Part shown: one piece after another, positions 20,490-30,449 of the stretch
How positions within the stretch are numbered: the stretch's first letter is position 1
Layout: every line of letters begins with the position of its first letter
Virus record (IMG/VR): IMGVR_UViG_3300027734_000055
Coordinates: 1 to 64,000 of that record
Strand: one strand, 5' to 3'
DNA length: 64,000 bases
Source: a virus
Program-made: the position numbers and the translations under genes
Notes under the pieces: model-generated
Database searches by the model: none
Seen by the model: the letters and a program-made list of their open reading frames with translations, nothing else
Told to the model about the DNA's origin: nothing

Positions 20490-23400
20490 ATGCCAAGCGT
20501 AAACGTACCAGGATTTGGAGTCATTGACTTTCCGGAAGATATGTCTCCGGATCAAATTAGCGAAGCAATCAAAACACAAGTTCCTGCTTTTAGACAAAAA
20601 AGAGATGAAGAACTTAGACCTGATTTATCATTAGGTGAAGCTGCTAGACGTGCAGTGATTCGTGGCGGTAAACAAGTAAGTTCTGCATTCGGTGATATTA
20701 TCCCAGCAATTGGTGCAAGCGCATTAGGTTTTGATGACTATGCTAAACGCCAAATGGAAGAAGCTGCGGCAACCCAAGAAGAAATTCAAAATAGATTTGC
20801 TCCTGAAGTTCGATCCTATAAAGAAGTAACTGGCCCAATGTCTGCACTTAAGTATGGTGTAGAAACCGTTGGTGAACAAATTCCTAATTTAGCAACAGCG
20901 TTAATACCAGGTGGTGTAGGCGCTATGCTAGGTAGACGTGCTGCGATGGGTGCGGCTGAAGCTGCTGGACTCGGTACAAAAGAAGCTACCGAATTATTAG
21001 CAAGTCGTCAAGCACTCGGTCAAAACTTAGGTGTCTATCTAGGTTCATATGCTCAAAACGCTCCTGAAGTATTTCAAAATATATACGACACCTCTGGTCA
21101 ATTAGAACCAAGTGCAGCTTTGTTATTTAGCTCAGTCGGCGCTGCGTTAGATTCTGCGTTCCCTGCGGCAATTATGAATAAACTAACTAAGCCTGCTAAG
21201 ATGGGCTTGATAGAAAAGGTATTAGAAAAGTCTGGCATGGAGCCAAGTTTACTTCGTAAGATTACAGCAAGTGTGCCGGAGTCTATAGCACTAGAAGGTT
21301 TAACTGAGGGTGCACAAGAAGCTATTAGTTTAAAAGCAGAAAACTTTGTTAATAAGAATGCTGGACTATTTAATTCTGAAGGCTGGAATCGCATACTAGA
21401 ATCTACTATACGTGGTGGTATTGCCGGTGGTGCATTTGGTACTGCTGCAGCTATCCCTGAAAGATTAAGTGAAAGAGCTCAAGCTCAACCTACGCCAACA
21501 ACTGAACAACCTACACCTGAATCTGATATAGTAGGAATTAAAAAAGAACCTGCTGTGCAGGAGATGAGGACACAAGATGGACTTCCAATCACCGGAACTA
21601 GAGAAGTTAACACCGCAGGAATTGGAGAAACTCTTCAAGTACCTGGACGACCCAATGAGCCAGGACTTCCCACAGGAACTACAGAAGATCTCGGAGCTGG
21701 AGCTCCTGGGGTTACAACTAATGTTGAACCAACTGATGGACGAGAAGCGCAACAGCCCTCTACACTAACTCAAGACGCTCAAGATTTAATACGTTCAGTC
21801 GAGGCTGGTGGTGTACCAGCTATGATGACTAATAATCTTCGACGTATTGCAAAAGAAAACGGAATTGAGCTTACTCCACAAACAACACCTAATGACATTA
21901 TTGCAGCACTTCAAACTAAATTAACTGAAGCCAAGCCATTAGACATAACAGATACAGCACCTATTAGAGATGCAGCTGAAGTTCCTACTGACGTTAAAGA
22001 TTCTGAAATCACTCCTCAAGAAATAGTTAAAGCTCAACCTAGCCCAGAAACAGTTACATTACCTGATACAAAAGAAACAGCTCAATCTATTATTGATCAT
22101 CTTGTTAATGAATTTGGTAATAATATTAGAACTGCTCAAAATAGAGGCACTATAAAAGTTGTAAATAATGCTGAAGAGCTTTCTAAATTAGGAGTAGATG
22201 TAGCGCCTAATGCTATTGGGGCATACTCAAAAGGTACGTCTTATATTATAGCTAACCGTTTAACTAAAGATAACTCAAGACGTGCTTTGTTACATGAAGT
22301 AGGAGAGCACCACGGGTTAGAAGGCATGCTTGGTAAAAATATTTATAAACAAGTCTTACGCCAAGTTAAACAACTTAATACTATGGATAAGGTTGTTACC
22401 GAAGCTCATGACCATGTTACTCAACAATACCCAGAATTACAAATAGGTTCAGATGCACATACACGAGAAGTGCTTGCACGGATAGGCGAAGTAGCTCCAG
22501 AAAATACATTGTGGAGAAAAGTTGTTGGTGCGGTTAAAAACTTTTTAACTAAAGCTGGATTATATAATCCTAACAAAATGACTACAGCAGATCTTCATGA
22601 TTTGATTCTGCACTCTACCAGAACTGTATTAAAACGTGGTACGCCTCAACAAATAACTACCAAGCCAGAAGTTCAAATGGCTAAAGCAGGTCCTACTAAT
22701 ACAGTAGATCCACAAAATTCTAAAGGTGTTATGGACTCCGTAGGTGATACTATTAAAGCTACACCTATATATAACTCTAGATTAGCACAAGATGTAAGAA
22801 ATGTTTATTCTACAATCCCAGATAGACTTAGAGCTATTGGTCTTTCATTCTTATCATTACCTCAACAAGCAGATTTATTTGGTAAAGAACTTCCGGCGCT
22901 TAATGATCTATTAGATATTATTAATAAACGTGCTGGTGCATTACAACAATATCGACAACAAGTTGATGACAAAGTATTTAGGGGTTTTGAATTACTTAAA
23001 AATTATCCTAAACCAGTTGTAGATAAATTTAACGATGTTGCACATAAATTAACAGCGCTTCGTATTGATCCTAGAAGAGGCAAAGATGAACAAGAAAATT
23101 GGAATGACCAATTAATAGCTGCATGGAATAATATAGATAAACCTTTACGCGATCTAGCATATGAATACTCAGATGCTTTTGGCAAATCTAGAGAGACTAT
23201 GATTAAACAAGTAGAACTCTTTGCTGGTAAATCTATTGCGGATCAATTAAGAAATAGGTTTGAAAAAGAAAAGATTTCATTCTACTTACCATTAAGACGT
23301 AAAGGTAATTACAGATTAGCTTACTTTGATAAAGATGGTGAGCGTGTTGTAATTCATAAAGAAACTCCTGCTGAACTAGCTATTGCAGTTAAAGAAGCGC

Positions 23401-25394
23401 AGAAAGCTAATGGCCAAGACATAACAACTAGTTTACTCACAAGAGAATTAAACTATAAAGATACGCCTCCTTTAGGATTTGCAAAAAGTATTATTGATTT
23501 ACTAGATGAAAATATTGACGCAGATATTAATGATCCGGATTCTATCTTAGCTAAAGAGAATTTAATTAATGAAGTCTATAAAACTTATCTAGACACATTC
23601 CCTGATGAATCCTTACGTCAACAAATGCGTACTCGTGAAGGTATCGAGGGATATATTAAAGATGTTGTAGGTGGATATGCAGATGTAGGATCTAAACTAG
23701 CACATCAAGTTTCTAATCTTGAATATAAACCATTACTTGATAAAGCTATGGCAGATGTTAAAAAGAACGAAGCTGATTATAGATTATCTCATCCAGACTT
23801 AAAAGATAATGTGCCTGTAACCCAAGTCGTTCAAAACTTAATTGATCAAAGAAAATTTCTTGACAACCCTGTAGCTGACAGTATCTCTTCAAGAGCCAGC
23901 TGGTTTAGTTATATGTGGCATATTGCAGGTAATGTATCTTCTGCTGTAGTCAACTTAACTCAAGTTCCTATGGTAGTACTTCCTATGCTTGGCGGTAAAT
24001 ATGGCTGGTCACAAGCAAGTGCTATGTTAAAAGAAGCATACTCTCAATATACTAAAGGCGGCTTAGATGTCAATCGTAAGTTCTTACCTGATTTTACTTT
24101 TGGCGCTAATCTAAAACCCGGCGATAAATATTATAACTTGTACCACAATGCAGTAAGTCGTTCTGCTATTCGACGCAGTGTAGGATATGAACTTACAGAA
24201 ATGAGACGTAGAACTACTGAAGAATTTACAGGTAGAAGAGCTAAGATTGAAACTGGTCTAGGTTGGATATTCCAAAACTCTGAAAGAATGAATAGAGAAG
24301 TGACATTAATCGCTGCGTTCAATTTAGCTAGACAAAGTGGTTTATCTGAACAAGCTGCAATTGATGAAGCTATTGATATGACAACTCGTACTCATTCCCA
24401 TGCTTTATCTGAAGCGGGTCCTCGTATGTTCCAAAACGGTATTGGTAAGATTGCATTCACATTTAAATCTTTTGCTCAAGCTCAGATATATAACATGGCT
24501 CGCTTATTCTATTTAGCATTTAAAGGCGCTAGCGTAGAAGACAGGAGACTTGCACAAAAACAATTGACTGGTATTCTAGGTATGACCTATGCATTCTCTG
24601 GACTCCAAGGCTTACCAACTTATGGCGCGGCTAACATGTTTGCGTCTGCGGTTGCAGCTATGTTTGGTGATGACGATGAACCATTTGATTTTGATGAATC
24701 AGTTCGATCAGCAATCGGTGACATTGGCTACAAAGGCCCACTCAATGCGTTAACGAATATCGATATAGCATCGAGAACAGGTTTCAATGGTATGGTGTGG
24801 CACGATGACCCAAGACGTTTAGCAGAGGTTGGATTTGCTCCGTACTTTATGGAACATTTCTTTGGCCCTTCCTATCAAGCTTTATTTGTGAACCCAGGCC
24901 GGGCAATTAAACTTATGAATGAAGGCCAAGTATATAGAGGCCTTGAAACTGTTACACCATCGTTTGTGCGTAATCCTATGAAAGCATTCCGCTTTGCAAC
25001 TGAAGGCGCTAAGACAACTAACGGCGCACCTATTGTTGATGACGTAAGTGCATATAGTGCATTCATGCAAATCTTTGGATTTAATAATGCCGAGTTATCA
25101 GAAGCTTATGCACGAGCTGGATCTATGAAAAAGGCAGAACAAGCTATTATGGCAAGACGCACAGCGTTATTAGATTTACACTTCTTAGCTAAGTCTAATG
25201 GTGATGACGATATGTTAGCTGAAATTAAAGATAAGATTGCAGGATATAATGAGTCATATCCAAGTAATAAGATTTCTGCTGATACATTAGCTAGATCCTA
25301 TCGCGGTCATACAGAAAGAATTAAAAACTCTGTTGACGGTGTTTATCTTAATAAGAAACTTAAGAATCAAATCATCGAAGAATACGGCGACTAA
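20490..25394 (+). CDS. Large internal virion protein (large polyvalent protein-like) with HExxxH motif
   Basis: 1634 aa; LLHEVGEHHGL putative metallopeptidase motif; YLPLRRKG resembling the PLxRFG domain; last gene of the structural arm. Confidence 0.65.
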   Translation: MPSVNVPGFGVIDFPEDMSPDQISEAIKTQVPAFRQKRDEELRPDLSLGEAARRAVIRGGKQVSSAFGDIIPAIGASALGFDDYAKRQMEEAAATQEEIQNRFAPEVRSYKEVTGPMSALKYGVETVGEQIPNLATALIPGGVGAMLGRRAAMGAAEAAGLGTKEATELLASRQALGQNLGVYLGSYAQNAPEVFQNIYDTSGQLEPSAALLFSSVGAALDSAFPAAIMNKLTKPAKMGLIEKVLEKSGMEPSLLRKITASVPESIALEGLTEGAQEAISLKAENFVNKNAGLFNSEGWNRILESTIRGGIAGGAFGTAAAIPERLSERAQAQPTPTTEQPTPESDIVGIKKEPAVQEMRTQDGLPITGTREVNTAGIGETLQVPGRPNEPGLPTGTTEDLGAGAPGVTTNVEPTDGREAQQPSTLTQDAQDLIRSVEAGGVPAMMTNNLRRIAKENGIELTPQTTPNDIIAALQTKLTEAKPLDITDTAPIRDAAEVPTDVKDSEITPQEIVKAQPSPETVTLPDTKETAQSIIDHLVNEFGNNIRTAQNRGTIKVVNNAEELSKLGVDVAPNAIGAYSKGTSYIIANRLTKDNSRRALLHEVGEHHGLEGMLGKNIYKQVLRQVKQLNTMDKVVTEAHDHVTQQYPELQIGSDAHTREVLARIGEVAPENTLWRKVVGAVKNFLTKAGLYNPNKMTTADLHDLILHSTRTVLKRGTPQQITTKPEVQMAKAGPTNTVDPQNSKGVMDSVGDTIKATPIYNSRLAQDVRNVYSTIPDRLRAIGLSFLSLPQQADLFGKELPALNDLLDIINKRAGALQQYRQQVDDKVFRGFELLKNYPKPVVDKFNDVAHKLTALRIDPRRGKDEQENWNDQLIAAWNNIDKPLRDLAYEYSDAFGKSRETMIKQVELFAGKSIADQLRNRFEKEKISFYLPLRRKGNYRLAYFDKDGERVVIHKETPAELAIAVKEAQKANGQDITTSLLTRELNYKDTPPLGFAKSIIDLLDENIDADINDPDSILAKENLINEVYKTYLDTFPDESLRQQMRTREGIEGYIKDVVGGYADVGSKLAHQVSNLEYKPLLDKAMADVKKNEADYRLSHPDLKDNVPVTQVVQNLIDQRKFLDNPVADSISSRASWFSYMWHIAGNVSSAVVNLTQVPMVVLPMLGGKYGWSQASAMLKEAYSQYTKGGLDVNRKFLPDFTFGANLKPGDKYYNLYHNAVSRSAIRRSVGYELTEMRRRTTEEFTGRRAKIETGLGWIFQNSERMNREVTLIAAFNLARQSGLSEQAAIDEAIDMTTRTHSHALSEAGPRMFQNGIGKIAFTFKSFAQAQIYNMARLFYLAFKGASVEDRRLAQKQLTGILGMTYAFSGLQGLPTYGAANMFASAVAAMFGDDDEPFDFDESVRSAIGDIGYKGPLNALTNIDIASRTGFNGMVWHDDPRRLAEVGFAPYFMEHFFGPSYQALFVNPGRAIKLMNEGQVYRGLETVTPSFVRNPMKAFRFATEGAKTTNGAPIVDDVSAYSAFMQIFGFNNAELSEAYARAGSMKKAEQAIMARRTALLDLHFLAKSNGDDDMLAEIKDKIAGYNESYPSNKISADTLARSYRGHTERIKNSVDGVYLNKKLKNQIIEEYGD

Positions 25395-25595
25395 CTATTT
25401 AATTCGCCAAGCTCTAACACCTAAACATCCATCCTTTTCTGTAACATAAGCTTTAACAACTACCTTTGCACGTTTAGCACCTGTTTCTATTGCGTAAATA
25501 ATAGGCGAAGGCTTTAAGGTGGGGACAAAGAAACTATCCCCAACACTCATTGCTTCAAACGGAAATATCCATTCAGGTTCTTTAGTGAGACTCAC
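25395..25595 (-). CDS. Small hypothetical (possible DNA-binding) protein
   Basis: FPFEAMSVGDSFFVP...GVRAWRI motif seen in small phage proteins. Confidence 0.65.
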   Translation of the reverse strand: MSLTKEPEWIFPFEAMSVGDSFFVPTLKPSPIIYAIETGAKRAKVVVKAYVTEKDGCLGVRAWRIK

Positions 25596-28434
25596 TGTCT
25601 AATCCTTTTAATAAGGCTTCAGGAAGAGTAGCTAAATTTATCTTATAAACACTGGTAGCTGATTTACCAAAATCTTTCCATCCTGCATTCATACGTTTCT
25701 TAACATTAGATCCCGCATCTACTTCAATACCTGATTCTTTCATTTGGAATAAGAATTCCTTACGACTGACTGACATTTCACTTAAGTATTTATCAAACTC
25801 AGTTTTAGAAATCCACATCGTATGCTCGTCATTTTCTACGCGGATTACAAAAGCAGTACGTGGTTCCATCGTAATCTTATTGTCTTTGAATGCTAGAATG
25901 CCAGTTTGATTTTTATTAATATAATCTGAAAGCACTGATTCATAATCAATACTATTAACCTTAACTACATTGTCTTTAATAGTAATCATTTCAGTTACAA
26001 TCTTTTTATATATTCTATCAAGATCAAACTGTGTAATACCTGACGCATTAGTAATTTCACCTGATGTCATAGCAGCTGCAACTAAGTTTTGATAAAAGCG
26101 ATATGATGTATCATCGCCAAAGTCTTTAGAAAACTTAGCGCACCACTTATCAATCATCTTACCAATTTCTAATTCACCTGTTTTGTATACAGCTTTGATA
26201 AACTCTGGTCCTGCCCATCCATGATTAAATCTAAATGAATCAAATATCTCACGACCAAGTGTTGCGTCGTCTCTAAATACATCAGGCTTTCTTACTGATA
26301 GTTCAATAAGTCTTGCTACCTCACCATTAGGATCTTTTTTCAACGTAGTTAATTTATCGTATAAAGAATGATTTGATGTAAAGATTGCAATCAACGATGC
26401 TGACATCTCGTGTTCACGTTCTGCATTTACTGAAGCTTGCATTCTGATCTTAGATTTACCTTGTGAAATCTTATGGATCAATTGTGATAATGTCTTAGGT
26501 AATATATTACCCACCTCATCGAGGCCAAATGGAATATTATGTAGACCTAAGTATCGGCCTGTCATACCATTTTCTGTTGCATCTAACACAGATAGATCCT
26601 TTGGATTACCCCATACACTTAGTGCTGAATATAAAGCACCTGTCTTAGCTGCACCTGATTCACCTGTTAAACAGATTGTCACACCTGATGTAGATGTATA
26701 GTCCATGAGTGCTGAACCAAATCCTGCTAACATTGTAAACGCATGTAGTTCTAAACTTGGTTTATTAAGTTTATTAGCTGCTTCTTTCCATTCTTCGTAC
26801 TTACCTGCTGGGGCTAAGTGTTTAGCAATACCTCGACATAATGGTGAAGTCGGAGATGATACATCTTTAAAATCTCTTGTGTATTCAAGCGCACCAATGA
26901 CAAACGATTCTCTGTTTGGTGTCCATCCCATTTGCATCCGCATAACATCTGCAGCTGACTTGTTCATTAAGTATTGTCCCCATTTAATTATGTAGTTCAT
27001 AAGATATCCTACCTCCTTGTTTCCGGGATTAAATAAAACGCCATTACTTGCAATAGCTTCTTTAAACTTCTCAATGGCATATACATGCTTGATAGGTAAT
27101 AAGAATTCTCTTTCGGGGTCGTTTGGTAACATGGCCTTCATGAGCAGACATTCTCCATCTGCAACACTAAAGATTCGTTTCGTTGGGTAGATATCATAAA
27201 GTGAAACTATGATAGGATCTTTGGGGATCGGTACTCCATTTTCATCGTATTCATGCGGTGGTAAGTAATATATACCTCCGTTTTTACCGTAGACAAAAGG
27301 TTGTAATTCTTGTGGTAACCCATTGAGCTTGGTTGTAATTTTTGTAGTTTGGTTAACTACTTCTGTTTTAGTTTCTAGTACCGTCTCGCTGACAGGTTGT
27401 GACATCTGTAGTTCTTTACCTATGGCTAACGGATTTGTAATCTTGCCTCTAAACGGACACCCTTCGCAACCGCCCGGATTAACGTTGTTAAAAGTATCGC
27501 AAGAGTGTGGTTTATCTTGTGTAGCTTGGGCCTTTCTATTAGTAGCTTCTCGGTCATAGCCTGGATGCTCTTCTGACATCATATGGATCGCTGTGTCACG
27601 ATCAGAACAATGTTGTGCTATGGATAACCCAGAATACCAAATAGGTTCTTGTAAAGTCTTTGCATTTTCTAAGATAAACTTAATCTGATTACATCCCTTA
27701 CCTTCTAAAGACTTAACTGCGATATCGGAAAACTTAGTTTGGAAATTATCCAACTTCATCATCTTACGTTGATCTTCACTTAGTCCTGTCTTAGGTAACG
27801 CTGCAATTAAATCGTCATGCGTTTGTGCAACAGCGCCTAAGAAAGTTTTAAACTCGTCAAATGAGTACATTGGGATATCTGTGCCCAATACTTTAGTAGG
27901 ACTTGGGGGATCTGTTTTTTGATTAAACGTATTTGGACAACGTAAAATCCTAGCTAAATCTGCTGTGACCACAGGATCTATGTTAAGACCGTGTGTTAGG
28001 CAAAAGTTTTTAAACTTCTCAGCGTAGGGTTTCCATTCTGCTGCAGGTACGTCTTGGTCAAATAACCAGTATGCGTGAACCCCACCGCCTGAATCTATTC
28101 TCACTGGAGGTGGCAATTCATTATCTAAAACAAATTTATCGATAGCATCAAGGGCGTCTTCTTTAGACTCATATCCTTTGCCTTCGCCGACATCTAAATC
28201 TACAAAGAAAGATTTAACTGCTTTAGCTTCCTCTGCCTTACGACTATAACCATTGAATGAACTAAGTGCTACAAAGATATTAGTCTTCGTATTTTTCTTA
28301 GATTCAACAAATGATTCTAACTCATCTATGTTTTCTACGAATTTGTGCTTAGTGATCTTAGCTATCGGATCGATAGTAGCTACACAATATACGCCTGTAG
28401 ATGGCAATGCTTTCTTATAAAATTCTTTAATCAT
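25582..28434 (-). CDS. Primase-helicase (AEP/RepB-type primase, Cys cluster, DUF927-like and P-loop domains)
   Basis: FVDLD and SGGGVHAYW primase motifs; C..F...GGCEGCP; Walker A GESGAAKT; GLDEV Walker B. Confidence 0.85.
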   Translation of the reverse strand: MIKEFYKKALPSTGVYCVATIDPIAKITKHKFVENIDELESFVESKKNTKTNIFVALSSFNGYSRKAEEAKAVKSFFVDLDVGEGKGYESKEDALDAIDKFVLDNELPPPVRIDSGGGVHAYWLFDQDVPAAEWKPYAEKFKNFCLTHGLNIDPVVTADLARILRCPNTFNQKTDPPSPTKVLGTDIPMYSFDEFKTFLGAVAQTHDDLIAALPKTGLSEDQRKMMKLDNFQTKFSDIAVKSLEGKGCNQIKFILENAKTLQEPIWYSGLSIAQHCSDRDTAIHMMSEEHPGYDREATNRKAQATQDKPHSCDTFNNVNPGGCEGCPFRGKITNPLAIGKELQMSQPVSETVLETKTEVVNQTTKITTKLNGLPQELQPFVYGKNGGIYYLPPHEYDENGVPIPKDPIIVSLYDIYPTKRIFSVADGECLLMKAMLPNDPEREFLLPIKHVYAIEKFKEAIASNGVLFNPGNKEVGYLMNYIIKWGQYLMNKSAADVMRMQMGWTPNRESFVIGALEYTRDFKDVSSPTSPLCRGIAKHLAPAGKYEEWKEAANKLNKPSLELHAFTMLAGFGSALMDYTSTSGVTICLTGESGAAKTGALYSALSVWGNPKDLSVLDATENGMTGRYLGLHNIPFGLDEVGNILPKTLSQLIHKISQGKSKIRMQASVNAEREHEMSASLIAIFTSNHSLYDKLTTLKKDPNGEVARLIELSVRKPDVFRDDATLGREIFDSFRFNHGWAGPEFIKAVYKTGELEIGKMIDKWCAKFSKDFGDDTSYRFYQNLVAAAMTSGEITNASGITQFDLDRIYKKIVTEMITIKDNVVKVNSIDYESVLSDYINKNQTGILAFKDNKITMEPRTAFVIRVENDEHTMWISKTEFDKYLSEMSVSRKEFLFQMKESGIEVDAGSNVKKRMNAGWKDFGKSATSVYKINLATLPEALLKGLDSESH

Positions 28435-28530
28435 ATGCAGTGACTTTCTATTTTTTTAGTCAACAGTACTCCTCCGCAATAAATTGCGTTTTTTCAAATA
28501 CCACGGAGGAATCTCTATTCTACTACGTTT

Positions 28531-28842
28531 TTATATCTTATCGATAACTTTAGAACTAATAAAATCTTTAGCATCGGTCGACGTTACAGCAGGCAACATA
28601 CCCTTGTCAAGACCTTTGTTTACTAACTCTATAAATTTAGTTATCCTTTCATAATTTTTTTCTCTTACATATTGACCCCTGAACCAACTATGTATAGACA
28701 TTCTTGATACATTGAAGGCCTCAGCTACATAGGTGGTAGGTAGATTTGCTTTTACACAAACCTTACCTAGTTGTACTCCTATTCTTGTTGGGTCAGCTTT
28801 CTGTAAGGTAATTAAAAATTGTTCACTATAAGGACGTGCCAT
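28531..28842 (-). CDS. HTH DNA-binding protein
   Basis: TYVAEAFNVSRMSIHSWFRG helix-turn-helix. Confidence 0.7.
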   Translation of the reverse strand: MARPYSEQFLITLQKADPTRIGVQLGKVCVKANLPTTYVAEAFNVSRMSIHSWFRGQYVREKNYERITKFIELVNKGLDKGMLPAVTSTDAKDFISSKVIDKI

Positions 28843-28851
28843 GTTATCTCC

Positions 28852-29733
28852 TTATGATTTAGCAGACCATTTGTTGATGATACTACTTACATCAGCTTTA
28901 GGTGCCTGCGGTTGTTGAACAGATGATTCTCTTAATACAGGTTCTGATACATCAGCTTGTGGCGCAGCCTGTGTAGGTGCCGGTTGTGCTGGCGCTACAT
29001 TAGGAACTACTGGTGTAGCTAACATATCTTCTTCTTCCTTCTCTTGATAGATAGAAAGTTTGACATAGTTCTGAGCTTCTTCTGAATTAGCTAATTCGTT
29101 TAATGCAGGAATTACTTCAAGAGGCACAGGTGCGCTTGGTGCAAATAATAACTTCTGATACGTTGCCGCAGGATCAAAATACATCTTAGTCACAGCAGCG
29201 TTGTTATTAATACCACTTGCAGCTAGGTATCTAATATACGTTTGGAACGGACGACCACCATTAACTTCGTCACCAAAACATGACTTAGGTGAAAGAATTA
29301 ACTGGATCAATTCCTTAGGTTTAGCAGGAGTTACTACAGCAGTTCTCCATGTAAGCTTACATTGTTGTGCAGCACCTTTGATACTATGCGGACATTGATT
29401 ACATGCCGGAGCTTGTTTATTCTTAACATCAGCATCAGGTGTTCTAGCATCACTTGCCCAGCAAATAATCTTAGCTTTTTTACCAGGAGTATAAGTACTA
29501 TCATATAAAGTTCTGCATGGTGTATGCGCCATCTTTACAAAGATAATATCCATTTCCCCGTTTACAGGTGATGATGCTACCTCGTTGCCATTCACAAGCA
29601 TCGTGAACTTACGACCTTCTGTTGAAATCTTTCTACTATTAGCACGACCCGCAACTGCCAATGTATCTTGATTAAGACCATTAGGTGATGCTAATGAATT
29701 TTGTTGCAACTGACTAATTAAATCCATACTCAT
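28852..29733 (-). CDS. Putative ssDNA-binding / recombination protein
   Basis: CWAS.....D....QA..C..CP motif, low-complexity C-terminal tail; lies in replication cluster. Confidence 0.5.
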   Translation of the reverse strand: MSMDLISQLQQNSLASPNGLNQDTLAVAGRANSRKISTEGRKFTMLVNGNEVASSPVNGEMDIIFVKMAHTPCRTLYDSTYTPGKKAKIICWASDARTPDADVKNKQAPACNQCPHSIKGAAQQCKLTWRTAVVTPAKPKELIQLILSPKSCFGDEVNGGRPFQTYIRYLAASGINNNAAVTKMYFDPAATYQKLLFAPSAPVPLEVIPALNELANSEEAQNYVKLSIYQEKEEEDMLATPVVPNVAPAQPAPTQAAPQADVSEPVLRESSVQQPQAPKADVSSIINKWSAKS

Positions 29734-29743
29734 ATACTTCTCC

Positions 29744-30175
29744 TTATTTACTTGTTGGTTTTCTTACAACTACACTAAACTCTCTTACTGAATTAATACC
29801 TGGTGGTAAACCTTCACCTTCATGGTTTGCCATATGCTCTGCAAAATTAGTATTGTGAATACGTTGTTGCAGTAACTCTAAAGCACCGTGCTCTAAAATA
29901 TAAGTTTTAAACTCATCCCAATTAATACATGAGAATTGTTCTTTGACTGTTCTAGTAATCGTGCCATTATTAGTACGAACACTTTCTACATTCATTGCAT
30001 TGCATTCTGCTAACATGGCTTGTTCTAACTGTGTTAATTCATCTGATAGCTCGCCATCTTTTGTTTTGTATTGCCTATACAAGTTTTCTCTAGCTGTTCT
30101 AATGGCAATATATGCTTTAACCATTTCGTCTAGCTTTGGACTTTCATGTACCGGTTGTTCTAATTCTTCAGTCAT
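29744..30175 (-). CDS. Conserved phage replication-region protein
   Basis: Coiled-coil N-terminus; SVRT..GT...W..F...LLQQRI...PPG motif. Confidence 0.6.
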   Translation of the reverse strand: MTEELEQPVHESPKLDEMVKAYIAIRTARENLYRQYKTKDGELSDELTQLEQAMLAECNAMNVESVRTNNGTITRTVKEQFSCINWDEFKTYILEHGALELLQQRIHNTNFAEHMANHEGEGLPPGINSVREFSVVVRKPTSK

Positions 30176-30449
30176 TTGTTAAAATCTCCTCTAAATGGTC
30201 GTTAAGATACTTATTAATAAACTTCTTTCCTGCATCTGTAATTCTCCAATAAACGCCTGACGGTCGAGTATTAGCTTCTAAATATCTATTTGGTTTTTTC
30301 CTAATTACCGCTGAAAATATTCGTACGTACCCGTGACCCCAAGACTCACAGAATTCATGCACTGTTTCATGGTGTACTTTTCTATCTTTAAAATTTGTCC
30401 ACCAATTTAACATCCAGACATATTCTCTAGCTTCTTTATTTAATCTCAT
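30168..30449 (-). CDS. Hypothetical protein
   Basis: ORF overlapping neighbours' start and stop in operon fashion. Confidence 0.6.
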   Translation of the reverse strand: MRLNKEAREYVWMLNWWTNFKDRKVHHETVHEFCESWGHGYVRIFSAVIRKKPNRYLEANTRPSGVYWRITDAGKKFINKYLNDHLEEILTND

